A stretch of 64,000 bases of DNA from Fistulifera solaris. Lineage: Eukaryota. A program made the position numbers and the translations under genes. Positions within the stretch are counted from its first letter, which is position 1. Each line of letters starts with the position of its first letter. The notes beneath the pieces were generated by a model, which did not search any database, was not told the origin of the DNA, and saw only the letters and a list, made by a program, of their open reading frames with translations. Of the stretch, positions 11,183-23,143 are shown in pieces. The stretch lies in NCBI GenBank assembly GCA_030295235.1, contig AP026148.1, positions 124,001 through 188,000 on the forward strand, in the 5' to 3' direction.

Positions 11183-12801
11183 TTATTTCTCAAAAGTGGC
11201 CATGATATCTTGTCCATCCGGCCTTGTTTCGGAAGCAAGAACGGGCACATAAATTTCTCCCTCGCCATCGGCGTAATCTCTTCTCTGTAAGACAATGTAT
11301 GGATGAGACGGTCGAAGCTTTGTAATGGCACCAAGAATGGGAAAGTACGACGTCCCCGACACGTAAATATTCTGAAATTGAAAAATGGTTTCAAACGAGT
11401 TGGCGAAATCAATGCGCTCTTGCCGTCCTCGAACACTTTGCTGACCAGCCGCACTCGGCTTGTCCGTTAAATCAGGATTGATCAAAACAATAGGTCGATC
11501 GCCAACGGCTTGTACCATGGCTTGTAACAACGGGTGGATACTCGTTTCCGTGCCTACCATGGACTGCGTTTCCGAAACGATGTCAGCACGGTATGGTATG
11601 AAATACAACTGCAAGAAATGAGCCAAATATCCACTATACTTACTTGTGGAGCAATCACTAAAAAGACGTCGTCTTGATGTTGCACAATTGTACCATTCTC
11701 CATTTGAATGGTATTGGTCACGTGTTGTGCTCCAACTCCACCAAATCGCACATAATCTCCAACCATCCCTTCATTTTGCTCTCCCTCTTTACTTTGCCAA
11801 TCCATCATTTGTAGCAATTTCGCCACGCCACTCAGTTGTTTGGGAACTCCGGTAAAGATGCCGACCCCCATACTTTCTTGGACGCACACTTTCACGCGCA
11901 GATTTTCTTCAGCCAACCGAATGGCCACAGCCCGAACCATTTCCAATATAGTACCGATTCGATAGGAATCCATACTCGGATTGGTTTCAGGGAACATAGA
12001 AATGAGTTGCATGCGATTCGATAGTTTCCCTTGACTGCAGAGCAAGACAGCTTCTTGCACGGCTGCGGCGGCTTCGTCATAAAAGTACTGTCGGACATAG
12101 CGGTTGTGCGGAACCTGATTGAGATAGAGATTTTCGGGTAACTTTCCAATGCCCGCTCCTTCTAATTGGAAAGCCATTTGTATCAATTTCCCAGTGACTT
12201 GCGGCATTTGCACAATCCAACACAATCGGCATAATTTTCGAACGACGCGGTCAATGAGTGGATAGGTTGCAACGTCAAAATAGTTTGTTGGAACGGTCGG
12301 AAAATCCTGGTAGAGTCGACTTCGCAGTGGAGTGGAATCGAGCGAGAAGTTGATAGTGTTACTTCTTAAAGTGGCGTTGTGTCGGACTCGACATTGCGTT
12401 TGTAACGTCAGCTCAGTGGCAGTAACATCGATCAGCTGTGCACTTTCGAGTTCCATGCTTCCTCCACTCCAAGCATTTGCTTTCGATATCTCTTGCCCTA
12501 GATCCGAAAACGCCTGTGCGAATTGTTTGACTAAATCGGGATGATTTTGGTTCAAATATCCGCAAATGAATTCTTTTTGTTGCAACGTCAATGATGAGGA
12601 CTCATCCTTTACAACAGCATGTCCTGCTACTGCATCGGAAAGTGACAGTGTTCTAGTACGAATATTGAACCTTTGACGAGGAAGCCATGCATAGCACTGA
12701 ATTACTAAACAAACTAACAGCAGGTAACCCGGTTTCGATGATGGTTGCATCTTTGGTTGCATAATTACTTTTCTTTTCCGTAAGTCTACTCTAGTGACCA
12801 T
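11183..12801 (-). CDS. LPA3: LPA3-like (DUF1995) PSII assembly factor with an N-terminal DUF2470-like domain; 2 exons
   Basis: Intron 11643-11564 (GTAAGT...GCTGAC...CAG). FPETNPSMDSYRIGTILEMVR, VKVCVQESMGVG, IAPQ|SMVG, RPIVLINPDLTDKPS...SVRGRQER resemble plant LPA3. Signal peptide ends CYA-W; the true start may be ATG 12762 or 12750. Confidence 0.82.
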
Positions 12802-13032
12802 TACCTCGTAAAGACGCTACCAGTATTTGGAAATTTTAGAGTCTCTGATAACGAATACGGGCAACAAGAAGAGGAAAAGAGTTATAGTCTGTTTTATTGC
12901 GTGATAACAGAATAGGAACAGGATGTTGTGACGATCCTTTGTCATTCAACTACTCTAAGTTACCAAATATTCAAAAAAATTGGAAAGGTCAAAACATCGA
13001 TCGTTCGATCGTATTGGCCCAGGAGTCTCGAT

Positions 13033-13275
13033 GTATGACCCGAAGTGTAAGCGACTTTTTCACACGACTGTATTTTAGTCATGAATCAACATTTTTCGAG
13101 CCAAAGTGTTTCCTATTCTCCGTGCAGTCTCTAGCTCTCTATGCATATAGGAGTGCATTCTATGCAAAAATTGCCTAAATCACGGCAATGACCTTTAGCA
13201 GCGTTTGCATGTTCTTCCTGTAGCGTTAGTATCAGTCGTAGGCGACCTTTCTCCATGGCGGCATTTCAGTCATGT
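13033..13275 (+). repeat. Two copies of the dispersed tripartite motif, ~191 bp apart
   Basis: AGTGTAAGCGACTTTTTCACACGACTGTATTTTAGTCATGAATC (13044-13087) and AGTCGTAGGCGACCTTTCTCCATGGCGGCATTTCAGTCATG (13234-13274). Confidence 0.75.
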
Positions 13276-13448
13276 TTTGTTGAGGAAGGCCTTATTCATG
13301 TTGCCATTCTGAAAATAATACCAAAATACTGGACCACAAACGCACGAGGCTTCAAACATCAAAACAACAAAATGGATTTTATCATGTACTTTGTATATGC
13401 TGCCAACCGAAGCATCATTACCAACCCCGTTCACGACAATTTTCACAT

Positions 13449-14216
13449 TCATCGCGCCGAATCGCAACTTCCACATGCGCCTCCCCGAGCCAGATATTTG
13501 GCGGCATTTTGCTGTGTGACACAATATTGGTGGCACGATCCGTTTGCGTTGGTGTAGTGAATCATATACGGCATGTAATACATAGTGCAGGCCTTAACGA
13601 GATTTGTTCCATCCTGATTGTCCTGATATGAAACATAACCGCCGTTGTCGGTATCAATGTATTCAATGTCACACACAACCGGTTCTGTGTACGCGCACAC
13701 TGTTCCACAACTCGCTTTGCCCTGAAGAATCAACTCGGCTGCTTGTGTTTTTGGGAGACATTTGATGCGGCAATCTTCGCTGTTGACAGCATTGCTACCG
13801 TAGCGATAATAGTTATCTGTTCCGTAGTATTGGTTGCGGTTGCGGTTGTTGTTATTGTTGTTGTTATTGTTCTTGTTGTTAGCATTGCTGTTCGCATTGT
13901 ACTGACTCGTCGTCGTACTTCTCGGCACGGCGACATACCAACTATTCCCCGATTGACCACACGTATAATCGCAAAGCTCGTCTATATCAAAGTCACTATA
14001 TATGATAGCCCATGCAGTGTGCAAGGCAAATAATAGAGCCTGAATAAACAGAATTGCTTTGAGTAACAGACAATTATATAAACTGCATGGTGAGACAAGA
14101 ATACGCAACTCAACAAAGCAATCACAACAAAGCACAACATACATCTTTTGACCAACATGGTGTTTTTTCTTGTTAATGATGATTCGTTTGATGGCACGCA
14201 AAAGAAGAAAGAGCAT
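13449..14216 (-). CDS. Putative secreted Cys-rich protein with a poly-Asn linker; 5' end uncertain
   Basis: Hydrophobic segment ending TAWA-II, an Asn tract, and two similar modules CRIKCLPKTQAAELILQGKASCGTVC and CHQYCVTQQNAAKYLARGGACGSC. Possible in-frame intron near 14142-14083. Confidence 0.65.
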   Translation of the reverse strand: MLFLLLRAIKRIIINKKKHHVGQKMYVVLCCDCFVELRILVSPCSLYNCLLLKAILFIQALLFALHTAWAIIYSDFDIDELCDYTCGQSGNSWYVAVPRSTTTSQYNANSNANNKNNNNNNNNNRNRNQYYGTDNYYRYGSNAVNSEDCRIKCLPKTQAAELILQGKASCGTVCAYTEPVVCDIEYIDTDNGGYVSYQDNQDGTNLVKACTMYYMPYMIHYTNANGSCHQYCVTQQNAAKYLARGGACGSCDSAR

Positions 14217-14446
14217 GAAACATTTGAAATCATGAGACCATCTGGAGGATTTTTACGTCAGCAGGTGTCCTTTCTCTATTTAAAATCCTTCTTCTCATTC
14301 AACGACCATCAAGCTTGATTGTACTTCTGCCAACGGAGAAATGAATGTCGAAACGGTAATGCTATGAGGCGAAGCAGCGATCCGTTGCACATCGCCAACA
14401 AAAAAGAAATCGTGTAAAACGCATCCGTCCTAGCGGGTATGAAGTA

Positions 14447-15581
14447 CTACCTCCTGGGGGCGATAATTGGCTCAAACCCCTTCCGCGATTCCCCCGTGTA
14501 AATCATTTCCTACTGACTTTCTACGTGAATCCACGTAGAGGAACAAGGACACACGGAAACTTAACGAACTCGATCGACCATGACACAATCAACTGAAGGA
14601 TGCATAAAATTAAGACGGAGCAACAACAAAGGATTATAACGATTGTCAATTGGAAGCAAAGGGATACTGGAGGCGTTCCTTGAGGGTTGTTTGGAAGTAT
14701 TTTGCGAAAAGAACAGAGCGAACGCTGGTGTTTATCGGTGAACGACGGTGAGCAATGACGATCGCGAGGGCAAGAGAGTTTGCTTCGCGAGACGCCTTCT
14801 CTGCCTTTTCCAACAGCCTTCCGAGGGCTCAAAAAGTAACAATGCAGCAATCAGCAGCGTGAACAGGTTTTGGGGATATTAAGGGGTGTTTATTGCCGCA
14901 AAACTCTATTCGAAAAACGATGACGATGGCACAACCAAATGACGATGGACTTTTAATGCTTCGCCACGAAAAAGGCCCCAGTCTCGGCAAGTTGAACTAT
15001 CAGATGCTTTATTGTGGAAGAAATCGCTCTTATTGGGGGTATTTAAGTTGAAATTGCTAGGCTTTTCAAACACCAAAACAATCAACGTTCGCCCTCCAAA
15101 GAATTGCATTGCTGACGAAAGGTTTCCATAGAGGCTTACATAGGTCCGTGTAATTGCGAGGAGAGAAGCGACAATCAATAGGAGGGGTGTCTATAGGCGG
15201 AGCCGACTTTTTGATGAGGAATTTTGTCACGACAGGATATATTGCTTGCATGGAGGACAGCAACAAACACCTGCATCCGGCGTCGTTGTTGTCGTCCGTG
15301 TTGTGCTTCATCTTTCGGTCAAAACGAGAGAGAAAGACCGCGCCAGTGGACAAAACCGGGCACAAGAACTAAAAAAAAGGATTTAAGGTCATGTTTACTT
15401 GCATTTATTCATATTGAATGGTTTGTATTGCCATGAAAATCACCATGGTGATGCCTCCATCGGTGTGTTAACACGTTGGTGACGGAGGGAAATTTTTTGC
15501 CCCCTACGTAATATCACGTAGAATTTCAGTACAAAAAATTACACGAGCCACCGTGGGCCCATTATCGCCCCCCGGAGGTAG
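14447..15581. mobile_element. Non-autonomous Tc1/mariner (Stowaway-like) TIR element, 1135 bp
   Basis: TIRs CTACCTCCTGGGGGCGATAATTGGCTCA (14447-14474) and the reverse complement of 15554-15581 match at 25/28. TA flanks both sides (14445-46, 15582-83). A second inverted block lies at ~14495-14541 / 15501-15545. Confidence 0.82.
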
Positions 15582-16506
15582 TACCAGTAACAGTACAGTA
15601 CCAGTTACCAGTTAGAGTTTGAAATTCGTTACCTTCGTGGTTCGTGCGAACAGTTCCGTTTTTCATTCGAGCTAGCGTTTGGCTCAGAGTTCATGCTTGC
15701 TTGTTACATGTGCACTACCAGTACAGTGAACAGTAAAGAAGGACCACCGAAAGCAAACGAATGACGAATGACGAAGCGGACTTTAGTCTTTAGTTGTTTA
15801 GTGTTTTCAAAAGCTGAAAGCTCGAATCAACTGTGAACGATCTTAAATCCATGGAATAATTAAAATGTACTGGTAGTTCGAAACTGGACAGCTGATATTA
15901 CAGGTTGTGAAGATATCTGAGTAGATCTTAAGGCAAATATGGACGAAGAATTATAAAGAGCATCTTCTCCTGTTTCCTTTGAGCGTGCCTCCCTTTAAGG
16001 GATGAGATCTTTTTAAGAAGTATCATTACCATGTACATTACTTTAGACGGAAAATCCATAAATCCAATGTTCGTAATTTGTAAGGACTTCAAGCGCAAAA
16101 GGCGGCGCGCGGCGTGCTTCATGCTGAAAACAACGGTACAAAATGCAAACGCCATTCACAGTTTCGAAAAAGCTCACGTTGCAACTTAGGGCTTGACAAC
16201 ACTAATGTTGCATATTGCATGTGTGGTAGATTGACGTTACAATTTTCTCTACTCTTCTGCTTTTTCTTTGCTCATCTCATCAATCTTCGAAATGTCTGGG
16301 ACGTGTTTGGTGTTCTGTTGCAAGTTGCGAGCTCTGAGCGGTGTGCCACTTGCTACATCGACATGGCTACTGCCCAAAAGCATCGGGCAATCCTTTCCAC
16401 GTCCACATTACCAATCATAAAGTTTTTCATCTCGTATAGAACCTTCAACCAGTTTCATTTACAGCAGCATCTTTTTTCCTTTCATAAATAGAAGTAAAGC
16501 ACGAAA

Positions 16507-17010
16507 ATGCATGACCGATGGATCTCTTCACCTTCAGATTCTCAACCCAATCGCAAACCACCTCCGCGGAGTTACGAGCGACAAGATTCTCTTTCAAGGG
16601 CACTCATGACAAGTTCCGAAGCTGTGCTTGATTCAGCTTCATTCTCTCGTCATAATCCGTCATCACACAGAATGAATCGCCCGTTGTCAGCTCCCAAGAG
16701 TCCTCCGACACCGCCTCTGAGACCATCGTCCTCGGCCTCGAGGACATCGATTGAATTGTCTCCGGGCGTTTTCCTGCCCGTACTCGGTTCGCAGGAATGT
16801 TGGGATGCCATCGAGCGAGGTCAATGTGTGAACGCAGAATGTTTTGTTTGTAATGCGCTATTGCAATGCAAAGACGATGCGTCTCATTTCATTTGCCCCG
16901 GCTGTATGACAATTAGTCCGTTGCAACCAACGAGTGCCCGCGTAGAAGCCAGCATAGCGCTGGCTTTGAAGACAGAAGTCTTGCTCGAATCTCTGATATC
17001 CCAGTCATGA
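16507..17010 (+). CDS. Hypothetical protein with a C-terminal CxxC-x15-CPxC zinc-ribbon domain
   Basis: IELSPGVFLPVLGSQECWDAIERG....CFVC...C..DA..FICPGC..ISP; paralogous to 47389-48243. Confidence 0.75.
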   Translation: MHDRWISSPSDSQPNRKPPPRSYERQDSLSRALMTSSEAVLDSASFSRHNPSSHRMNRPLSAPKSPPTPPLRPSSSASRTSIELSPGVFLPVLGSQECWDAIERGQCVNAECFVCNALLQCKDDASHFICPGCMTISPLQPTSARVEASIALALKTEVLLESLISQS

Positions 17011-17719
17011 AGAAAGCGAATCATCGTCAACGTAGAGACATGTACTATCATTTCACCACGGCATCGCGTTTTCAAGAAACTATGATAAAACCCTATACTT
17101 TCGCACGAGATTAAAAATCAAGACTTGCATTAGAAAACCATAAAATTGTTAAGTCGAAAACTAGATCCCAAACTTTTGTTGTGATGCAAACTGAAACCGT
17201 GTGGCCTCGTGCGCGAGAAGAGGTCGAACTAGTTTCGTCAGGCGTGTTTATAGAAAAAGGTTTAAGAGAAACTGCAACTGTATTAGTAACTTATTTGTTG
17301 TTGGAAATATGCTGCGGAGGCTTTGTTTTTGAGGAAGGGGCTGCGATTTCCCTTGAAACAATCCTAGGTTTCGCTCTAGCTTCCCATTTCTCCGACTGGA
17401 TTTCTTGTCACGAATCTTGAGGGGCCTTTCCGTCTACTTTCACTTCTAGAGTCAAGTTGCATTGACTAAGAGTTGAAGTACACTTTGTCGCAGCAATACA
17501 CGAACATGTTCGCCGCATGCAAGCAAAGCTGGTAACGCAGAACTTTTCGCAGAGCCTTTTTTTATGCGTTGCGCGAAAGAAAGAAGGCGCCAACATAATA
17601 ACGAACGATTGAATTGTTTTTGTTGATCAATATATTGAGACTCTAAGCCTTTGTTCAATCCTTACCTGCTATTTTCACATATTGGCTTTCGTTTGTAAGC
17701 GTCGCATCGCACAGTAATC

Positions 17720-19376
17720 ATGTCTTCCGAAGTTTCGACGAGTAAACTGAATATACAGGTGCGTGAGAAGCGCTGCCGAGGAGAAAATTGGATCGAAATG
17801 TTGATTTGTTTCATACGAACTGTGTGTGTTTTTCTATTTATCAGCCTTCATTTTGTCCCATTCTCACTCTTGCTCGCACCAGATTCCCCAAAGTCTGTAT
17901 CGTGAGGGCGGATACGATCATCGTGAAGCGCTTTTTGGTGTTCCGCCGTACGGAGGGTCGATTGCACAGAAAGTATACTATTACGACAATGAGGCAGCCT
18001 TGTGCGATCCGAAAGCGAAAGTCGATTCTAAAGACGGCTATCCGACACGTACTGATGAAAAAGGCAACAAACTACCCTGGGAATCACCCTTCATTTTGAT
18101 GATTGATGCCGGGCAACATTGTTCCTTTGTGCAAGCGGTGCGTGCCGCACAACACGCTGGAGCTGCCGCCGTGCTCATTGCCGATAATTTGTGTTTGTGT
18201 GATGATTTGGATTGTGTTCATCGTAATTCAAATCAGCAGTGTCGTAGTACTGAGCCCATTATGGCAGACGACGGTTCAGGAGGTGATATTTCCATTCCAT
18301 CCTTTCTCATGTCGAAGCACGATGCGGATCTTATCAAAGAAACTGTGAAATCGAAAGATCAAATTGTACAAGTGGAGATGGCGTGGAAATTACCGAATGT
18401 TGGCGATCGTGTCGTGTACGAAATCTGGGACCATCCGGCCGAGAAAGTATCCATGGGCTTCTTTCGTGACTTCAAAGTCTATGCCGAAGCACTGGCTGGA
18501 CATGCCTCATTCACTCCAAACCTATTCTTAGTGGATGGAAGTCGGTCTGGCTGTCGTAGTGCTGCGGGAGAAAATATGTGTCTCAATCTTTGTACGAATC
18601 AAGGTCGATACTGCTTTCCGGATCCGGACAACAATATTCAGACAGGGAGCAGCGGGGCAGATGTTGTCGAAGAAACCTTGCGTCGTTTGTGTATTTGGGA
18701 CAAGTACGGCAGCGATGGAGTCGGCGCGCCCTTTTTCGAGTATATTGCACAATTCGATGAGATGTGCCTGTCACAACGCACTCATTTTTCAAGCAACAAA
18801 AGCTGTATTCAGAAAAGTATGAAAGCAGCGAAGATTGATGCGCGCAAAATTGATGATTGTATTAAAGCGTCTGGAGGACTGGAAGGTGATCGAGTCAATA
18901 CTGTGCTGTCGAAACAGCTGGATGCCCTGGCAACTCGAGCAGGCTATGTTATCATTCCATCTGTGAACATTAATGACGCAGTCATGAGAGGTGGCTTGAC
19001 CGCTACAAATGTCTTTGCTGCCATTTGCTCGTCGTTTGCCGAAGGTACCGCCCCCGACGTTTGCACGGCGTGTGCGCATTGTCCTAATGCCGAAGCCTGT
19101 CTGAAAACAAAGTCTTGCAATGCTTTAGGACCCTCCGAAGTTTCGACGCCAACATTCGTGTCGAGTTTGTTCTTAATGGTCGTGTTTTTGGGCGGTTTAT
19201 TTGTATGGCAGCAACAACGGAGACAAGCGGAAATGCGAAATCATGTTCGTAGTATTTTGGCGGATTATGTGCCGCTCCAAGATCAAGAAGATGGTCCTCC
19301 GCCTGTCGGATTCAACCATTGTTATGAAGAAGGCAGCTTCGTGCAAAATAGCAATGGTTCAAACTACATGTCGTAA
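17720..19376 (+). CDS. VSR: Vacuolar sorting receptor (BP-80/VSR family); 2 exons
   Basis: Intron 17759-17882. ALFGVPPYGGSI, PA domain (CSFVQAVRAAQHAGAAAVLIADN), CTNQGRYC.PDP, DVVEETLRRLCIW, a TM helix and cytosolic ILADYVPL (YxxL). No signal peptide is evident after ATG 17720, so the 5' end may be incomplete. Confidence 0.88.
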
Positions 19377-19954
19377 GGATGCGCCTCGAACCAACTAAAG
19401 TCTATTTATGATACGGTACAAGTGTATACAGTAGTGGGATGTTATTGAAATCTATAGACACGCCTTGTCTTCGACTTTGGAGCGTCGTGTTGTTCTCAAA
19501 AACAAACTAGATCAAGACAGGGTTGAAAACAAATCAAGTTGTATGGACAAGACGGGTCTTGTCAACTCTATATCTAGCTACTTTCCTCCTAGAGAGAGTC
19601 AGAGAAAAATTGAGCCGATCAGCGTCCCAGTGGTTTCGAAACTTTTACGATTGACTTCTCGTGATATGTCCTATTCAGAAACCGCTACGATCCCCAGACT
19701 ACACTTTTCATAAACATGATGTTGTTTCGTCACGACTTTTCGGCGTTCAACACATTTGTCGCGGAAAAATTTGTACGGAACCTAAAAAGCGCAAGGAGAT
19801 TTCTTGCAAACCATGCGGTGTCACTTGGCGGGAAGCGAATCACTTCGCACAAAACACTAACAGAGACTTTGCAGGAAGGTGTTTAAATTGATTTTTTTTG
19901 ATATTTTTTTCTGAAAGTTCAGGTAAACGATTAAACGTAAAAGTTGTTTTAATC

Positions 19955-21118
19955 ATGTCAGAAGGAGGCTTCTTTCCGTGGAAAGTTCAGCGTCACGTGA
20001 CAAAGCCTTCCGCTGACTACTCGAGGCTCTCGTCGCCCTTGCCGTCGCCGCCTAACGGCATGAAATGGCACCAAAACACAGAGACTCGAGAATGGAAGCT
20101 TGTTGCGCAAAAGGACGATATACCTGAATTGATTACGGAAGAAAGAGCGGTTGATAACTTACCTTCTACGCTGCCCCAAAAAGTAGACGATGAGAGCGAA
20201 TGGGAAGTACTGAGCGGTGAGAATCCTTCATCGAGTGAGAGTTATGCCGCTCCTAAAGCAGGGAGTGTAAGATCGTTGGCATCTTTTGAAGGCGGTGACA
20301 TTGCAAGTCATTTGTCGTCGCAATTAAGTCACACATCTTTCAAGATTCAGCGCACCCTGTCGTCTTCTACGATTGATTCCACAGATCCGGGCATTCTTGG
20401 TCCGTCGGGAAAGGGCATTCTAGGTGTCGATTATGTGGAACACGTGATTCTTCCGACGGATACTTTGCAGGGAATTTGTCTAGCCTACAAGATCAATTCG
20501 ACCCGCCTTCGACAAGCAAACCATTTCTCAGGCCATTCGCTCCTTCTTGCTCCCAAGAAATTGGTCATTCCTATTTCCCAAAAAGCGCTCCGCTCTGGAT
20601 TTATCCGGGTACAAGATACAGATGCTAAGCAGTACAAGCTTCATGCCTTACTTGCGGCATATCCGGATCTGTCAGCCTCGGAAGCTTCAGCGTGAGTACT
20701 TTTATTGTATCGATTCCCGTTTGCTTCAGTGGCGACTTGTGTTCTGATGTTATTATTCTTATGGGCTTGCAGTTATCTAGAATTGGCAGACTGGGTACTA
20801 GAAGACGCTTTGCAAACTGCCAAAGAAGACCGAGAGTGGGAGAAGACGGAACAAGATGACCTGAAAGCCGGGGAAATACGAATTCGAATCAAACATGGCG
20901 AGTTTCCGATCGGATACTTTAAAGGAGCCGGTATTCAGCAGAAGGAGATCAAAGAGAAGGTCACGTCAAATAAAACAAAGGTTGTGCCGACAACGAGCAT
21001 TCCAGCCATTGCAACAAAGTCTGTCAATCCCCAGGATGTTTACAAAGCATCTCTTCAACACAATCAGATCGGTGTTGAGTTACAAACTCTTTCTCGTGGA
21101 CAAGGAACTGATATGTAA
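19955..21118 (+). CDS. LysM-domain protein with a following UBA-like helical segment; 2 exons
   Basis: EHVILPTDTLQGICLAYKINSTRLRQANHFSG...KLVIP (LysM). Intron 20692-20772 joins EASA|YLELADWVLEDAL. Confidence 0.82.
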
Positions 21119-21200
21119 GAAATGATATTATTTGTAAATTAATTGTCTCTTTAAATGTATTTGTTGGAATGTAAGTGTTGCAAAACTACGTAAATGGTCG

Positions 21201-22788
21201 CTATACCTCACCTTTGTTTTTCATCGTTCGATACTGATCTTTGATTTGAACATTGTTTCGAAGGCCCAGTCTGTCCTGATGGGAATCTTCATAATCTTTG
21301 ATTTCTTTCCAGTTTCCCTCACCAAAACGCTCTATTCCTTCACGATTAGCCTGCTTTTCTATGCTACTGAATTTGCGTTTTCGTTTTCGCCTCCTGTGGC
21401 TCTTCGGAATCGCCTCTTCTATCGAAGATTCGGTACTGGAGTTATTTTCATTGGCAGAATTGTGTCGATTCCTACGAGACAGCTGACGAATAAGTGCGTT
21501 TGCGTTTAACGCAGTTTTCTCGTGGTAATTCTCTGATTCTTGGCTTTGTGTGCAAGCGCGATGTGATTCGGCGCGGCTTGATTCAAGGGAAACCCTCTTG
21601 CTGGCCACAGCTCGCTGTTGCGACAGCCGCAAATTCAAGGCTACAATTGGAGGCTGTTTTATTTTTCTAGAATCATCGTCGTCATCGCCGTCGTCCAAGA
21701 ACTGAACGGACTCTTCAGCTTCACCGACACTACCAGAGTGTTCCTGGGCTTGGTCATAATCTCCAGATAATGACATAACATCACTTTTCGCATCCAGTGC
21801 AGCGTTGGTAGTCATATTAGCATTCAAAGAAGTGTTTAAGATGGTCTCTGACAAGCGAACTATCAGGTCAAGCATCTAGATTGTGAAAAGATTGAGAGAT
21901 ACGGTGCGAAAAGAAACGATATTCCCGTTTCATTCGTCTTACCGCGTGCTGTGCATGCGCATACGAGAGCTTTTGCTTTTTGTCACTTAGCAACATGTCC
22001 CGACATCATTGTATGCATTCATTGATATCGCTCCGACGTCTCTTGACAGGCTCTAGTACGTGCTGGATTGAAAAGGGCACCACCATCTGCTCAGGTTCTA
22101 GTACTTGCACTTCTTCGTCTTCTTCGAGCATAAAGTAGCCACCAATCCAACTAGATTCGAATTTCTCCATGGCATCCTGAACACTCAGTAAATTGTCTTT
22201 GTGAAGGTCGCAACGAAAGAATGCGAGAGTGCGCTGATAATGCAACAGTTGCGTTACTGCACGAAACTCGTGTTCTAGCAGATCATTGTGTGCATATTCC
22301 GGCCTTGCCTGCACGACGGCATCGCGCAATCGATTCCACTCGTCTTGCAGCCGCTTCCAGTGTTCTGGACTGAAATGGTATGGCGACAACGCATCATCCT
22401 TCGGACTCCCCACTTGCCCGAGTTGCCATCGAACTAGCTTGTTCGTGTACTCTGCCAGCATATAACGAGCACTGATACGTAGATTGAGAACCGTTGGTCC
22501 TAGATATTCGTGCACTATCTTTTGGGCAGCTTTCATATCGCTTTCACGCACTGCAATCCTCTGAGGGTCGGTCTCCAAAATGATTTCACGACAACATGAA
22601 TCGAAAAGATAAAGTAGTTTTGATTCCAAGTAGGGTGAAGGGGTAATGGAAGTGGCCGGTTGGGATGATATCTGGTTTGAGGGAAGAATTACCGGTGGTG
22701 AAGCATGGTGCGTCTCCGGAGTATTGTGATCGTTCTTTTCCGTGCGGTCATGCGAGGGTAAAAACCACTGAATGAATTTCGAATACAT
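21201..22788 (-). pseudogene. TRF-like (telobox) single-Myb protein, copy A, with an in-frame nonsense codon
   Basis: Intron 21942-21876. In-frame TGA at 22008-22006 aligns with CGA in copy B (ECIQ*CRD vs ECLRRYRD). C-terminal Myb RKFSSIEKQANREGIERFGEGNWKEIK...RNNVQIKDQYRTM. Confidence 0.62.
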
Positions 22789-23143
22789 CCTTGTTTTCTT
22801 CTATTTTTCATTAAGTTCGACGCTGTTTTGTCTATCAGCTAGATCTTACAATAGACCCTAAGCAAAAGCCACTTTAGATTCTGAAAACTGATCCGAACTC
22901 CGAACGTTTGTCATTGTCGCAAATATTTTTTCTGCTCCACGGATCGAGCATCGATCCAATTCAAATTTCCGACTGTACAAAATGTCCATATAGTATCTGC
23001 GGGCGCGCCAGCACACAAGACGAGCGCACCGCCGCTGCCGTTTTGGTAAATCTGGTCACGGGTTAAAGCACGACTGGTATGTTGTAATCGGAAAATAACA
23101 AGTGCCTCGTACAAGACTTCTTTTATTCTTTTACTTGGTTGCA

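Noticed and set aside
22006..22008. In-frame TGA as selenocysteine or readthrough
   Set aside because: It aligns with Arg (CGA) in the paralogue, not Cys; a CpG transition is the simpler explanation and no SECIS was recognised.
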